Below are positions 21,202-30,258 of a DNA stretch of 64,000 nucleotides, piece by piece (position 1 is the stretch's first letter; each line of letters begins with the position of its first letter). The position numbers and the translations under genes were made by a program. Location of the stretch: positions 64,001 through 128,000 of the forward strand of contig JBBQFN010000010.1 in the NCBI GenBank assembly GCA_038321985.1, read 5' to 3'. Under the pieces are notes generated by a model that worked only from the letters and a program-made list of their open reading frames with translations, was not told the origin of the DNA and searched no databases. The DNA comes from Cyanophyceae cyanobacterium. GTDB lineage: Bacteria; Cyanobacteriota; Cyanobacteriia; Cyanobacteriales; Laspinemataceae.

Positions 21202-21930
21202 CTACAAGTCTGAATTCATCCCCGCTACAAATCCCCGTCGGGCGTGAGATCTCATATTGTCTTCGCGCAGTTCCATTAAACACACTAATTCATCCCCCTT
21301 ATAATAGTCCGGGTTCCGTTCTAAGAAGTAGCGGACATCGGGTTTATTTTCATATCCGTCTTTAATATCTGCCCAACTTCCTCGCAAATGCCCTTGGGAC
21401 GTAGCAAACTGAATTAATCCACTTTTAGGGTCATAAGAGTTACCAAATTTTTTTTCAGCTAAATAGTCCATCAGCCGTTGGATCTCTGGAGGAGTCGGAT
21501 AACGATAAGTGGGATAAAATTGGTGAGCAAATAAGGGTAAATATCGATAGGTTCGGTATCCCTTTACGATTAAAAACCAATATAAAGGCACAGAAAAAGC
21601 CTGAGCTTTGATTTGACCGGCTAATCGGCACCAAGCCAGGGGGAGAGTTTGTTCTCCCCAATAGTCCCGATGCACGATGGTATCCCCAGAAAATATGGCG
21701 CGTCTGGGTTGTGCTTCAAATTCAAATTCTAAGACAGCTACGGTGGAAAATCCTTGTAATTTTTTTTCACCATCCCACAGAGCAATTACATAATCTTTAT
21801 TGATTAAGTCTTTGTGAAAAATGTCGAAACTGGTTCCTTCATAATAAATTTTATATAATTCATACATGGTCTGGCGTAGTTTTTCATCAAGGTGATTTTG
21901 CGGGATAATTTCTGCGAATAGCTTACTCAT
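21202..21930 (-). CDS. Hypothetical protein, probable GNAT-like acyltransferase fold
   Basis: LQGFST, IFSGDTIVHRDYWG, YWFLIVKGYRTYRYLP, YFLERNP.Y.KGDEL.C; the fold assignment is an inference. Confidence 0.65.
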   Translation of the reverse strand: MSKLFAEIIPQNHLDEKLRQTMYELYKIYYEGTSFDIFHKDLINKDYVIALWDGEKKLQGFSTVAVLEFEFEAQPRRAIFSGDTIVHRDYWGEQTLPLAWCRLAGQIKAQAFSVPLYWFLIVKGYRTYRYLPLFAHQFYPTYRYPTPPEIQRLMDYLAEKKFGNSYDPKSGLIQFATSQGHLRGSWADIKDGYENKPDVRYFLERNPDYYKGDELVCLMELREDNMRSHARRGFVAGMNSDL

Positions 21931-22515
21931 AAAAGAGGGGTTGATAATTTAGGGTAAAATAAATCCGGAAAGAATTGTACCGATCGCCCGAAAAATTTAG
22001 AGTTACCTGTTATCTAAAAAGAGCTATAATCTCCTTTAGAATCTACCTTATAAGTTTATCAAAAACCCGGGGGGTATGCCGAATTCCTTGCTAGGGGACG
22101 CGCCTTACAGGGTTTTGCAAACCGGGATTGCGGAGAGTGGAATAAAACCCCAGACTGAATTGGGTTGGACTTTCGGGTTCAAAGCCTGTCCCAGCCCACT
22201 CTTTTTTAGATTAAACTTTTAAAAGCAGATTGGGAATAAGCGGTTCGCCCAATGGTTAATCCCCTGGATCAAAGCCAGGGGATTAACCATTTGAATGCAG
22301 CACTCAGGCGGTTAGCTTTTCCAAGGGCAGACAAACGTAATCCGGATGCGGTCTCCTGGGGGGTTGAACCCCAAAACGCTAGAATCGAGCAGTTTAGCCG
22401 CAACAGAGAATTTAATAAAAGGGTTAAGAGTTCTAAATAAAGAGTTCAAATCCGATCAAAAAGGGCAAATCAGGGTGACACTGAAGAAGTTGAAAATTCA
22501 GAACTTGAAACGTCA

Positions 22516-24828
22516 ATGAAACGGGTGGCACTACTAATCGGAATTAGCCAACATGAAGCAGGAGAGGACGAAGACCCTGATCTACCCCCCCTGCCTACGG
22601 CGAAACAGGATGTATCCGCGATCGCCAAAGTCTTGCAGCATCCTGATCGCGGGGGATTTGCCGCAGCCGATATCCAACAACTGATCGATCCCGACTGCCA
22701 AAGTATCCGTTCTGGCATTGAGGTCTTGTTGCGCGATCGCCAACCAGAAGACTTGGTATTACTGTATTTTTCCGGTCATGCGATCGCCGACTCCACGGGA
22801 TCGCTTTATTTTGCCACAAGGAATACGACGCGATCGCACCTCACCTCGACGGCGATCGCCGCCGATTTTTTACAGGCACTCTTGTACACCAGCGTTGCCA
22901 AACAACAAATTATCATCTTAGATTGTTATTTCAGTGGAGGTACGGGGATCGTTGATGTCAAACAGCAATTGGGGGGATACGGAAAAGCCGTTCTCACCGC
23001 CTCAACTGCCTTTCAATCCCTGAACCGTTGGGGCGATCGCATTGCTCATCCCAATCCCGCCATCAACTGTCTGGACTATTCCGCCAAACAACATAACTTG
23101 GGACTCTCCACCTACACTTCCTATTTAATTGAAGGCATCGAAACCGGTGCCGGAGATCTCAATAGAGATGGCACAATCTCCCTAGAAGAATTGCACCACT
23201 ACGCCAGCCAAAACGTCCAAATCGTTGCCCCCGCCTTGCAACCGGCTATCTACGCACTCCCCGCCCTCGGCGCAGTCGCCCTGGCTCAATCCCCCACAGA
23301 CAGCCCTTACCAGACCTATCGGTTAGCGGTTGAAAATTTTCTCGTCCGCAGTGGCGGCACTCTTTCCTTACTTAGCCTCCGCAGCCTAGAAATTCGCCGA
23401 GAAAGCCTGGGAATCTCTCCCAGCGATGCTCTTACCATTCAAGAAACCGCCCTAAAACCTTATCGGGACTACAAAACCAAATTACAACTCTATAAAGCCG
23501 TTGTTAAATCCGTAATGGAACTTCAGGAGTTGCCCCTAAGTCCCGAAATCGAGCAAGATTTGCAGCATTTACGCCGGGATATCTTCGGTTTAGGTGAACT
23601 TGATGTCCGGGGAATTGAAGAATCCCTGTATCCTTCGATTTTGGAGAAAAGTTTTCCGTTCTTGATGGTAGCCTGGGCGAGTATAACCCTGGTCCTGGTC
23701 GTGAGCACTTATTCTATATATAAATATCTGACCAACCCAGTTCCCTCCCCCATGATCTCCCACTGGTTGGAATCTCTACCGATCCCCTCGATTTCCCTTG
23801 CGAATCCCGAACCCGGTCCCGAACCGGAGTCCGAAGTTAGTAACCCACCCAAACTTCCCCGGCAACCTAACAAAATACGGAGGCCCTTACCCCCGCGTCC
23901 CCCAGCGGTTCCCTTTCAGGTCCCGACAAAGGACCCGATCGCCCTCACGGGTCATCTCGGCCCAGTTCAGGGCCTCGCGATCAACTCCCAAGGATCCCTA
24001 CTGATTAGTGGGAGTTGGGACAAGACCGTGAAAATCTGGGATTTAGAAACCGGGGAAGTTCAAGAAACCCTGAGATCAGGACGCCCTAGTGTGATTCGAG
24101 ATGTGGCGATCGACCCTTATAGCCAACGCATTGCCAGTGCCAGAGATGACGGGACTATCGAAATTTGGCAGATCGATCGCCAAGGTACTGACTGGGTAGT
24201 GGAGTTAGAACAGACGATTGCCGCTCATGCAGGGCCGGTTTACGCGATCGCCATCAGTCCCGACGGACTCACCCTGGTGAGTGGGTCTCAAGACAATACG
24301 GTTAAAATTTGGGCTATAGAAACTGGGGACCTCCTCCATACCCTCACGGATCATCGCGGACCCGTGCGATCGCTCGCCATTAGTCCCGATGGACAGACCC
24401 TAGTTAGTGGGGCCGGAGATGCCACGATTAAAATTTGGGACCTGGAAACCGGCGAATTGCAAAATACTCTCACGGATCATAGCCGTTTGGTTCGAGGACT
24501 GGCAGTCTCCCCCGATGGTAAAACCCTCGCCTCTGCCAGTTGGGATCGCACCTTAAAACTGTGGGATCTCACAACAGGCGAGTTACAAAATACCCTCATC
24601 GGCCATACCGATTTAGTGGTTTCTGTGGCTATTAGTCCCGACGGTTCCACCCTGATCAGTGGCAGCGATGATGACACCATTAAAGTATGGGATTTGACCA
24701 CTCAAGAAGAACTTGCCACCTTCACGAATCACCTGAGTGATGTGTTTTCTCTGGTCATTAGTCTCGATGGCAAAACCTTCGCCTCCGCCAGTTGGGATCA
24801 AACCATCCAAGTCTGGCGATCGCCCTAA
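22516..24828 (+). CDS. Caspase-family (peptidase C14) protein with TM helix and C-terminal 7-bladed WD40 domain
   Basis: RVALLIGIS, YFSGHA (His), ILDCYFSG (Cys), TM FPFLMVAWASITLVLVV, Pro-rich linker and seven GH/xH...W(D) repeats. Confidence 0.9.
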   Translation: MKRVALLIGISQHEAGEDEDPDLPPLPTAKQDVSAIAKVLQHPDRGGFAAADIQQLIDPDCQSIRSGIEVLLRDRQPEDLVLLYFSGHAIADSTGSLYFATRNTTRSHLTSTAIAADFLQALLYTSVAKQQIIILDCYFSGGTGIVDVKQQLGGYGKAVLTASTAFQSLNRWGDRIAHPNPAINCLDYSAKQHNLGLSTYTSYLIEGIETGAGDLNRDGTISLEELHHYASQNVQIVAPALQPAIYALPALGAVALAQSPTDSPYQTYRLAVENFLVRSGGTLSLLSLRSLEIRRESLGISPSDALTIQETALKPYRDYKTKLQLYKAVVKSVMELQELPLSPEIEQDLQHLRRDIFGLGELDVRGIEESLYPSILEKSFPFLMVAWASITLVLVVSTYSIYKYLTNPVPSPMISHWLESLPIPSISLANPEPGPEPESEVSNPPKLPRQPNKIRRPLPPRPPAVPFQVPTKDPIALTGHLGPVQGLAINSQGSLLISGSWDKTVKIWDLETGEVQETLRSGRPSVIRDVAIDPYSQRIASARDDGTIEIWQIDRQGTDWVVELEQTIAAHAGPVYAIAISPDGLTLVSGSQDNTVKIWAIETGDLLHTLTDHRGPVRSLAISPDGQTLVSGAGDATIKIWDLETGELQNTLTDHSRLVRGLAVSPDGKTLASASWDRTLKLWDLTTGELQNTLIGHTDLVVSVAISPDGSTLISGSDDDTIKVWDLTTQEELATFTNHLSDVFSLVISLDGKTFASASWDQTIQVWRSP

Positions 24829-25003
24829 TTCTCCCTAAAAATCCCTCACCTTAGAGGGTGGGTCTACTAGAACAAAGCCCGCGCCTGCGGGCTAATTCAA
24901 AATAGACTTATTAGCTCCAATTTCATTTAACTCCTGATCCAGGAGACGCGCCCTATATTAAAATCAACTAGAAACCCGTTGCCCACTTCAGGAGAAATTC
25001 ACC

Positions 25004-25726
25004 TTGCCTACACTTGGGGTTAATATTGACCACATTGCCACCATTCGACAGGCACGAGGGACGGTAGAACCCGACCCCGTTGCCGCAGCAACTTTAGTCG
25101 AACTCGCCGGTGCTGATGGGATTACTGTACATCTGCGCGAAGATCGTAGACATATTCAAGACCGGGATGTGCGTTTGTTGCGGGAAACGGTCCGCACCCA
25201 TTTAAACTTAGAAATGGCGGCGACGGACGAAATGGTAAAAATCGCCCTAGATATTAAACCCGATTATGTGACCTTGGTTCCGGAACGACGAGAGGAACTG
25301 ACCACCGAAGGCGGACTCGATATCACCGGACAACGCGATCGCATCCAGGGAGTGGTAGATACCTTACAATCAGCGGGAATTCCGGTGAGTTTATTTATTG
25401 ATGCCGACTCCAGCCAAATTGAAGCCTCAGTTCAGGTTCAGGCGCAATTTATCGAATTACATACCGGAGAATATGCAGAAGCTAAAACCGAAGCCGAACG
25501 CGATCGGGAATTGGCAATTTTAGCCGAAGGATGTACCCAAGCCGTCGCCTCGGGTTTACGAGTTAATGCTGGACATGGACTTACCTATTGGAATGTTTAT
25601 CCTATTGCCACCTTGTTAGGAATGGAAGAACTTAATATCGGTCATACCATTATTTCTCGCGCTGTCTTAGTCGGTCTAGAACGTGCCGTGCGGGAAATGA
25701 AACAAGCGATGCACGGGCAACTCTGA
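25004..25726 (+). CDS. pdxJ: Pyridoxine 5'-phosphate synthase
   Basis: [41 protein letters not shown]. Confidence 0.97.
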   Translation: MPTLGVNIDHIATIRQARGTVEPDPVAAATLVELAGADGITVHLREDRRHIQDRDVRLLRETVRTHLNLEMAATDEMVKIALDIKPDYVTLVPERREELTTEGGLDITGQRDRIQGVVDTLQSAGIPVSLFIDADSSQIEASVQVQAQFIELHTGEYAEAKTEAERDRELAILAEGCTQAVASGLRVNAGHGLTYWNVYPIATLLGMEELNIGHTIISRAVLVGLERAVREMKQAMHGQL

Positions 25727-26113
25727 GGGAAAGAAAGGCAAGAACTATTCTATTTTTAGGGATTGCCTTTCATAATTTTAAATCCCGATGATCTTCCCCC
25801 GATTAGCACTAGAACCCCTGGAGAATGCCAAGAAACAAGCGGATTTGAGTCTTTCGAGATCAAGCCATGGGATTGAGTATAGGAATCTCCTTTACCCTGC
25901 GGTTGTTAGAACAAAAATTTGGGAATTCTATTCGGCTAATTCCTCCCCTGAAAGCCCAAACACCGAACCCCATAAAGATTACCCCTGATAATTTGATAAA
26001 ATTTGCTAACAAAGTAGGGCGGGTTTAGGGTTGGGCGTTGATTTTTTTTCCCATGAGTTACTCTAATGTTGTACGATACTCAATCGAGACTTGTACAAGC
26101 CAAAAACTCTACC

Positions 26114-26437
26114 ATGCAAACCTATCACTACATTCTGGCTAGCCAAAAATTCTTATTAGAGGAAGAACCGTTTGAGGAGGTTCTCAAAGAACGGACGAGA
26201 CATTACCACGAAACCGAAAAAGAGATTGATTTTTGGCAGGTGAACCAACCGGCCTTTCTGGAAGCGCCGGAAATGGCTCAGGTGAAAGCAAAATGCCCTC
26301 AACCCTCAGTGGCAGTGATTTCTACCAATCCCCAATTTATCACCTGGTTAAAATTGCGTCTGGAATATGTTCTTACCGGCCAATTTCAGGCCCCCTCTGC
26401 TACAATTCCCGATCCTTTAGCCTCCCAAGGGAGTTAA
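26114..26437 (+). CDS. ycf54: Ycf54, Mg-protoporphyrin monomethyl ester cyclase accessory protein
   Basis: MQTYHYILASQKFLLEEEPFEEVLKER...IDFW...FITWLKLRLEYV; start at ATG 26114. Confidence 0.9.
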   Translation: MQTYHYILASQKFLLEEEPFEEVLKERTRHYHETEKEIDFWQVNQPAFLEAPEMAQVKAKCPQPSVAVISTNPQFITWLKLRLEYVLTGQFQAPSATIPDPLASQGS

Positions 26438-26490
26438 GGAATCCGGTAAACTGCCTGATTAATACTTCCGCGAGACCCCGGATCATAACT

Positions 26491-27165
26491 ATGCGGCTAT
26501 CCCGACTAACCCGTTTGAAGCGATCGCATTTCTGGCTGAACCCGGCATTTATAGCCCTGAGTGGGTTGGCAATGTTCGCCCCTCAGGGTAATGCTCAACC
26601 CACTTATCCGGCCTGTCAACCCCCCCTTGCCGACGAGTATCTTGTCCTAGTTCCCACGGGAACCACGGCTTCTCAGGAGGAGATTCGGCGTTTGATTCCT
26701 GGGGCGATCGAGACTACGGTTTGTAGCTATGTGAATGAAACTGTCACCCGTCTGGGTGGATTTGGAAAGGCCGACACCGCCCAAGAATGGGCGCAGTATG
26801 TCAATTCTCAAATCGGAATTGCAGCGTATGTGGTCCGTCCTGCGGGAGTGGCTGCTGTTACCCCCAGCCCTCTGTCGGTGGTTCCCTCAGCGGGGACCTA
26901 CAATCCGCAACCCTTGGGAACAGGTTATGCCGTCTTAGTGGATTTCTTTAGCAATCCCCAAGTAGCGGGCGAGTTGTCCCAAATCTTGAACACCGATATC
27001 GGCTTAGTTTCCTACGGACAGCGGCCTTATCTACTCGCTTCGTTAACGAACCAACAAAACCAGGCGAATCAAATATTGCAAACCCTGAGCGATCGCGGTT
27101 TTTTCGCAACCATCGTAGATAGCGGTAACGTGATTTTATTAGACAACGCCGTTCGCTTGGACTAA
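26491..27165 (+). CDS. Hypothetical exported protein (possibly SPOR-like repeats)
   Basis: Likely start ATG 26491, just after ycf54; signal peptide ending AQ, then CQPP..EY.VLV. Confidence 0.65.
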   Translation: MRLSRLTRLKRSHFWLNPAFIALSGLAMFAPQGNAQPTYPACQPPLADEYLVLVPTGTTASQEEIRRLIPGAIETTVCSYVNETVTRLGGFGKADTAQEWAQYVNSQIGIAAYVVRPAGVAAVTPSPLSVVPSAGTYNPQPLGTGYAVLVDFFSNPQVAGELSQILNTDIGLVSYGQRPYLLASLTNQQNQANQILQTLSDRGFFATIVDSGNVILLDNAVRLD

Positions 27166-27170
27166 TTCAG

Positions 27171-27213
27171 CCTCTGGTCCCTTCCCCCATGTCTTGGAGG
27201 AGGGGACCAGAGG
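27171..27213. terminator. Hairpin between convergent genes
   Basis: CCTCTGGTCCC...GGGACCAGAGG inverted repeat in the 70-bp convergent gap. Confidence 0.6.
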
Positions 27214-27235
27214 TAGCTCAAACTTTAATCCCGAT

Positions 27236-27691
27236 TCAATAGGTTTGACCTGCGATATAGGCAATACAAACCCCTAAAAGCGCCCCGACAATCACCTGAA
27301 ACGGAGTGTGACCGAGGAGTTCCTTCAAACGGGCTTCATTCAAATCGTGGTCTTCGCTAAAAAACTCATCCACGATTTGGTTTAAAATGCGAGCTTGCTT
27401 TCCGGCGGCTTGTCGGACTCCGGCGGCATCATACATCACGATCACAGCAAAAATTGTAGCGAGGGCAAACTCGGTACTATTCCAGCCAGCCGTTTGCCCG
27501 ATGCCTGTTGCTAACGCGGTAACCAAGGCTGAATGCGCACTGGGCATTCCGCCAGTTTCGACCAGAACCCGAAAATTAAACTTGCGATTTTTTGCCAATT
27601 CGATCGCTAACTTCGCTGATTGAGCGATCAAACAGGCTAGGGTTGCAACCAGCAGCACGCGGTTGTCGATGATATTGCCGATCTCCTGCAT
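27236..27691 (-). CDS. Divergent PAP2 family (DUF212) protein
   Basis: TGGMPSAHSA, VMYDAAGVRQAAG, LKELLGHTP. Confidence 0.92.
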   Translation of the reverse strand: MQEIGNIIDNRVLLVATLACLIAQSAKLAIELAKNRKFNFRVLVETGGMPSAHSALVTALATGIGQTAGWNSTEFALATIFAVIVMYDAAGVRQAAGKQARILNQIVDEFFSEDHDLNEARLKELLGHTPFQVIVGALLGVCIAYIAGQTY

Positions 27692-27706
27692 GGTATTTTG
27701 CGCCTT

Positions 27707-28633
27707 TTAATGACTGCGGTTGGTGATAAAGTCCGCGAGGGTAACCAGTGGTAGGGCTTTATCGCCAAAACTTGCTAGTTCGGCTTTAGCCTGCTCAATT
27801 AACCCTTGAGCTTGCCGCTGTGATTCTTCTAATCCCCAGATACTGGGATAAGTTGCCTTTTGCGCTTGCAAGTCTTTTCCGGCGGTTTTGCCCAACTCTT
27901 CCTGAGTCTTCGTAATATCGAGAATATCATCAATGATCTGAAAGGCTAACCCAATATTTTGGGCATAACGGGATAGTCGTTGCAAATCCTCTTCGGAAGC
28001 ACCTCCCAAGATTGCCCCACAAACCACACAGGCTTCTAATAAGGCCCCGGTTTTATGGGTGTGGATAAAATGCAGGGTTTCTACGGAAGTATCCGTCTTG
28101 CCTTCGCATTGCAAGTCTACCACTTGACCCCCAACCACTCCATCGGCCCCAAATGCATGAGCTAATTGGGCGATCGCCTGTAATACCCGAGTTGCCGGGA
28201 CATTTTGAGTTTGGGTTGCTACCACTTCAAAGGCATACACCAACAACCCATCCCCCGCCAAAATCGCGATATCTTCCCCGTAAACCTTATGATTCGTCAG
28301 CTTACCCCGTCGATAATCATCATTATCCATCGCCGGAAGGTCATCATGGATCAAGGACATGGTATGCACCATTTCCAAGGCACAGGCGGTAGGCATCGCC
28401 ATTTCTACCGTACCCCCAACCAGTTCGCAACTCGCCAAACACAAAATCGGACGTAGACGCTTGCCACCCGCCAGCAGGGAATAGCGCATCGCCTCATAAA
28501 TCGTTTCGGGGGCCTTTACCGGCAGAGATTGGTCTAATGCCGCTTCTACCAAAGCCTGCCGTTCACCTAAATAGGTTGATAAATCAAATTCGGATTGTTT
28601 CCTAACGGAATCGGTATCATTGGTTAAAACCAT
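27707..28633 (-). CDS. crtE: Geranylgeranyl diphosphate synthase
   Basis: GGKRLRP, first Asp-rich motif [16 protein letters not shown], second motif [16 protein letters not shown]. Confidence 0.95.
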   Translation of the reverse strand: MVLTNDTDSVRKQSEFDLSTYLGERQALVEAALDQSLPVKAPETIYEAMRYSLLAGGKRLRPILCLASCELVGGTVEMAMPTACALEMVHTMSLIHDDLPAMDNDDYRRGKLTNHKVYGEDIAILAGDGLLVYAFEVVATQTQNVPATRVLQAIAQLAHAFGADGVVGGQVVDLQCEGKTDTSVETLHFIHTHKTGALLEACVVCGAILGGASEEDLQRLSRYAQNIGLAFQIIDDILDITKTQEELGKTAGKDLQAQKATYPSIWGLEESQRQAQGLIEQAKAELASFGDKALPLVTLADFITNRSH

Positions 28634-28931
28634 CCCTTCCTTCCTCGTACTTGTCTTATGAGCTTACGTGTTCCACCGCACCGAGGCGGTTGGCGTTGAT
28701 GATGAGCTTATGCTGCCTTAGGCAGGGTCTACAAGTCTTTTAGGTTACACCTTAAACCTTGTAAATCGGCTAACGTTCGCCTCTTGCTGCGTCTGGAGTC
28801 TCAAACTATTGTAAGGGTTTAAGGTATTTTTACGACTTGAATTTTCCGCCGAAAAAACCCTGTAAAAAAGGGAGTTCTCAGGGACCAATTTTTAACCACC
28901 CCCTCAGAACTCCCCTGTGAAAACTTAATTT

Positions 28932-29810
28932 TTACTCTAATTCCAAGCGCCGGATATAACTCTTGATCGTATTCTCTAAAAGTAGGGTCACCGTCATGGG
29001 TCCGACCCCACCGGGAACTGGGGTAATAAATCCAGCCACATCTTTTGCCGAGTCATAGTTAACATCCCCCGTCAGCTTGGATCGGCCTTCATAATCCGTC
29101 ACGCGGTTGATGCCAACATCAATGACAACGGCACCGGGTTTGACCATTTCTGCGGTGATCAGTTCGGGACGTCCGACAGCCACCACGAGGATGTCTGCAT
29201 TGCGGGTAATAGCTGCTAAATCGGGCGATCGCGAATGAGCCATTGTTACCGTAGCATCGGCTGCCAACAACATTAAGGCGATCGGTTTGCCCACTAGGAT
29301 ACTACGCCCGACAATCGTCGCTTGCTTTCCTCTGGGGTCAATGCCATACTCTCTTAGCAGGACCATCACCCCGGCAGGGGTACAACTACAGAGTCCGGGT
29401 TCCCCCCGCATCAACCGTCCCAAATTCACCGGGTGCAATCCATCAACATCTTTGTCAGGATGGATGTAATTGATCGCCGCTACTGCATCCAGATGGTTCG
29501 GTAAAGGCAGTTGTACCAAAATTCCATCCACGCGATCGTCTTCGTTGAGCTCCGCGATCGCCTGCATTAATTCTTCTTGAGTCGTCTTCTTGGGGAAATG
29601 CCGTCCGTATGAGGCGATGCCAACTTTCCCAGAGGACCGTTCTTTATTACGAACGTAAGCAGCAGAGGCAGGATTATCCCCCACCATTAGAACGGCCAAC
29701 CCAGGCGGACGACTGGCTTTCGCGGATAACGCTTCTACCTGCGATCGCAGTTCGTCTTGGATTTTTTCAGCGACGGCTTTCCCGTCTATAATAACGGCTG
29801 TTTTGGACAT
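28932..29810 (-). CDS. folD: Methylenetetrahydrofolate dehydrogenase/cyclohydrolase
   Basis: [40 protein letters not shown]. Confidence 0.97.
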   Translation of the reverse strand: MSKTAVIIDGKAVAEKIQDELRSQVEALSAKASRPPGLAVLMVGDNPASAAYVRNKERSSGKVGIASYGRHFPKKTTQEELMQAIAELNEDDRVDGILVQLPLPNHLDAVAAINYIHPDKDVDGLHPVNLGRLMRGEPGLCSCTPAGVMVLLREYGIDPRGKQATIVGRSILVGKPIALMLLAADATVTMAHSRSPDLAAITRNADILVVAVGRPELITAEMVKPGAVVIDVGINRVTDYEGRSKLTGDVNYDSAKDVAGFITPVPGGVGPMTVTLLLENTIKSYIRRLELE

Positions 29811-29904
29811 GATAAGCTTGGGCTTTGCTGGAATACTCCGGCTACAGCGGTGAATATTGTTCTCTTGATTGTCTCATAGTCTGACTCGCGCAGATGGGGG
29901 AGAA

Positions 29905-30215
29905 GTTCGTTATAACGACTGAAGTCGTTTCTTCCCGTTTTTAGTAACGACTGAAGTCGTTTCTTCCTTTTTGTAGCAGCAAAAATCTTGCATCGCACCA
30001 ACTGGCAGGGGATCAAAACCTAGCCCTGTCAAGGCGTATTTGTAGCAAACAAGTAGCAAGCAAGGGGCGCAAGCATTGCGCCCCTACAAGAAACAACGAT
30101 TTTTCGTCATTAATTAAATTGACCCCCTTGAGAGAGAAACCCCTGAAAGGGTTACTACAAACGTTCGTAGTGACTCCTTTAGGAGTCATCTTGATGTAAG
30201 CACCTTGAAAGGGTT
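29905..30215. repeat. Cluster of REP-like palindromes between putA and folD
   Basis: AACGACTGAAGTCGTT twice (29914, 29946); AGGGGCGCAA-GCA-TTGCGCCCCTAC (30063); ACCCCTGAAAGGGTTACTAC (about 30139); GTAGTGACTCCTTTAGGAGTC (30167). Confidence 0.75.
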
Positions 30216-30258
30216 AGGGTTCAAAACCCCGCCAGTCTGCAAGACTTCTCAATCCCTC

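Noticed and set aside
26233..26490. N-terminal 86 codons of the 310-aa ORF
   Set aside because: They overlap ycf54 in another frame; a signal peptide follows ATG 26491, the more plausible start.
29905..29980. Two direct repeats AACGACTGAAGTCGTTTCTTCC as a possible CRISPR array
   Set aside because: The period is only 32 bp with about 10 bp between units, there are no unique spacers or cas genes, and the same palindrome is dispersed elsewhere. It is REP-like instead.
29811..30258. Folate-related riboswitch upstream of folD
   Set aside because: No THF or ZTP riboswitch consensus was recognised; the hairpins are explained by REP-like repeats.
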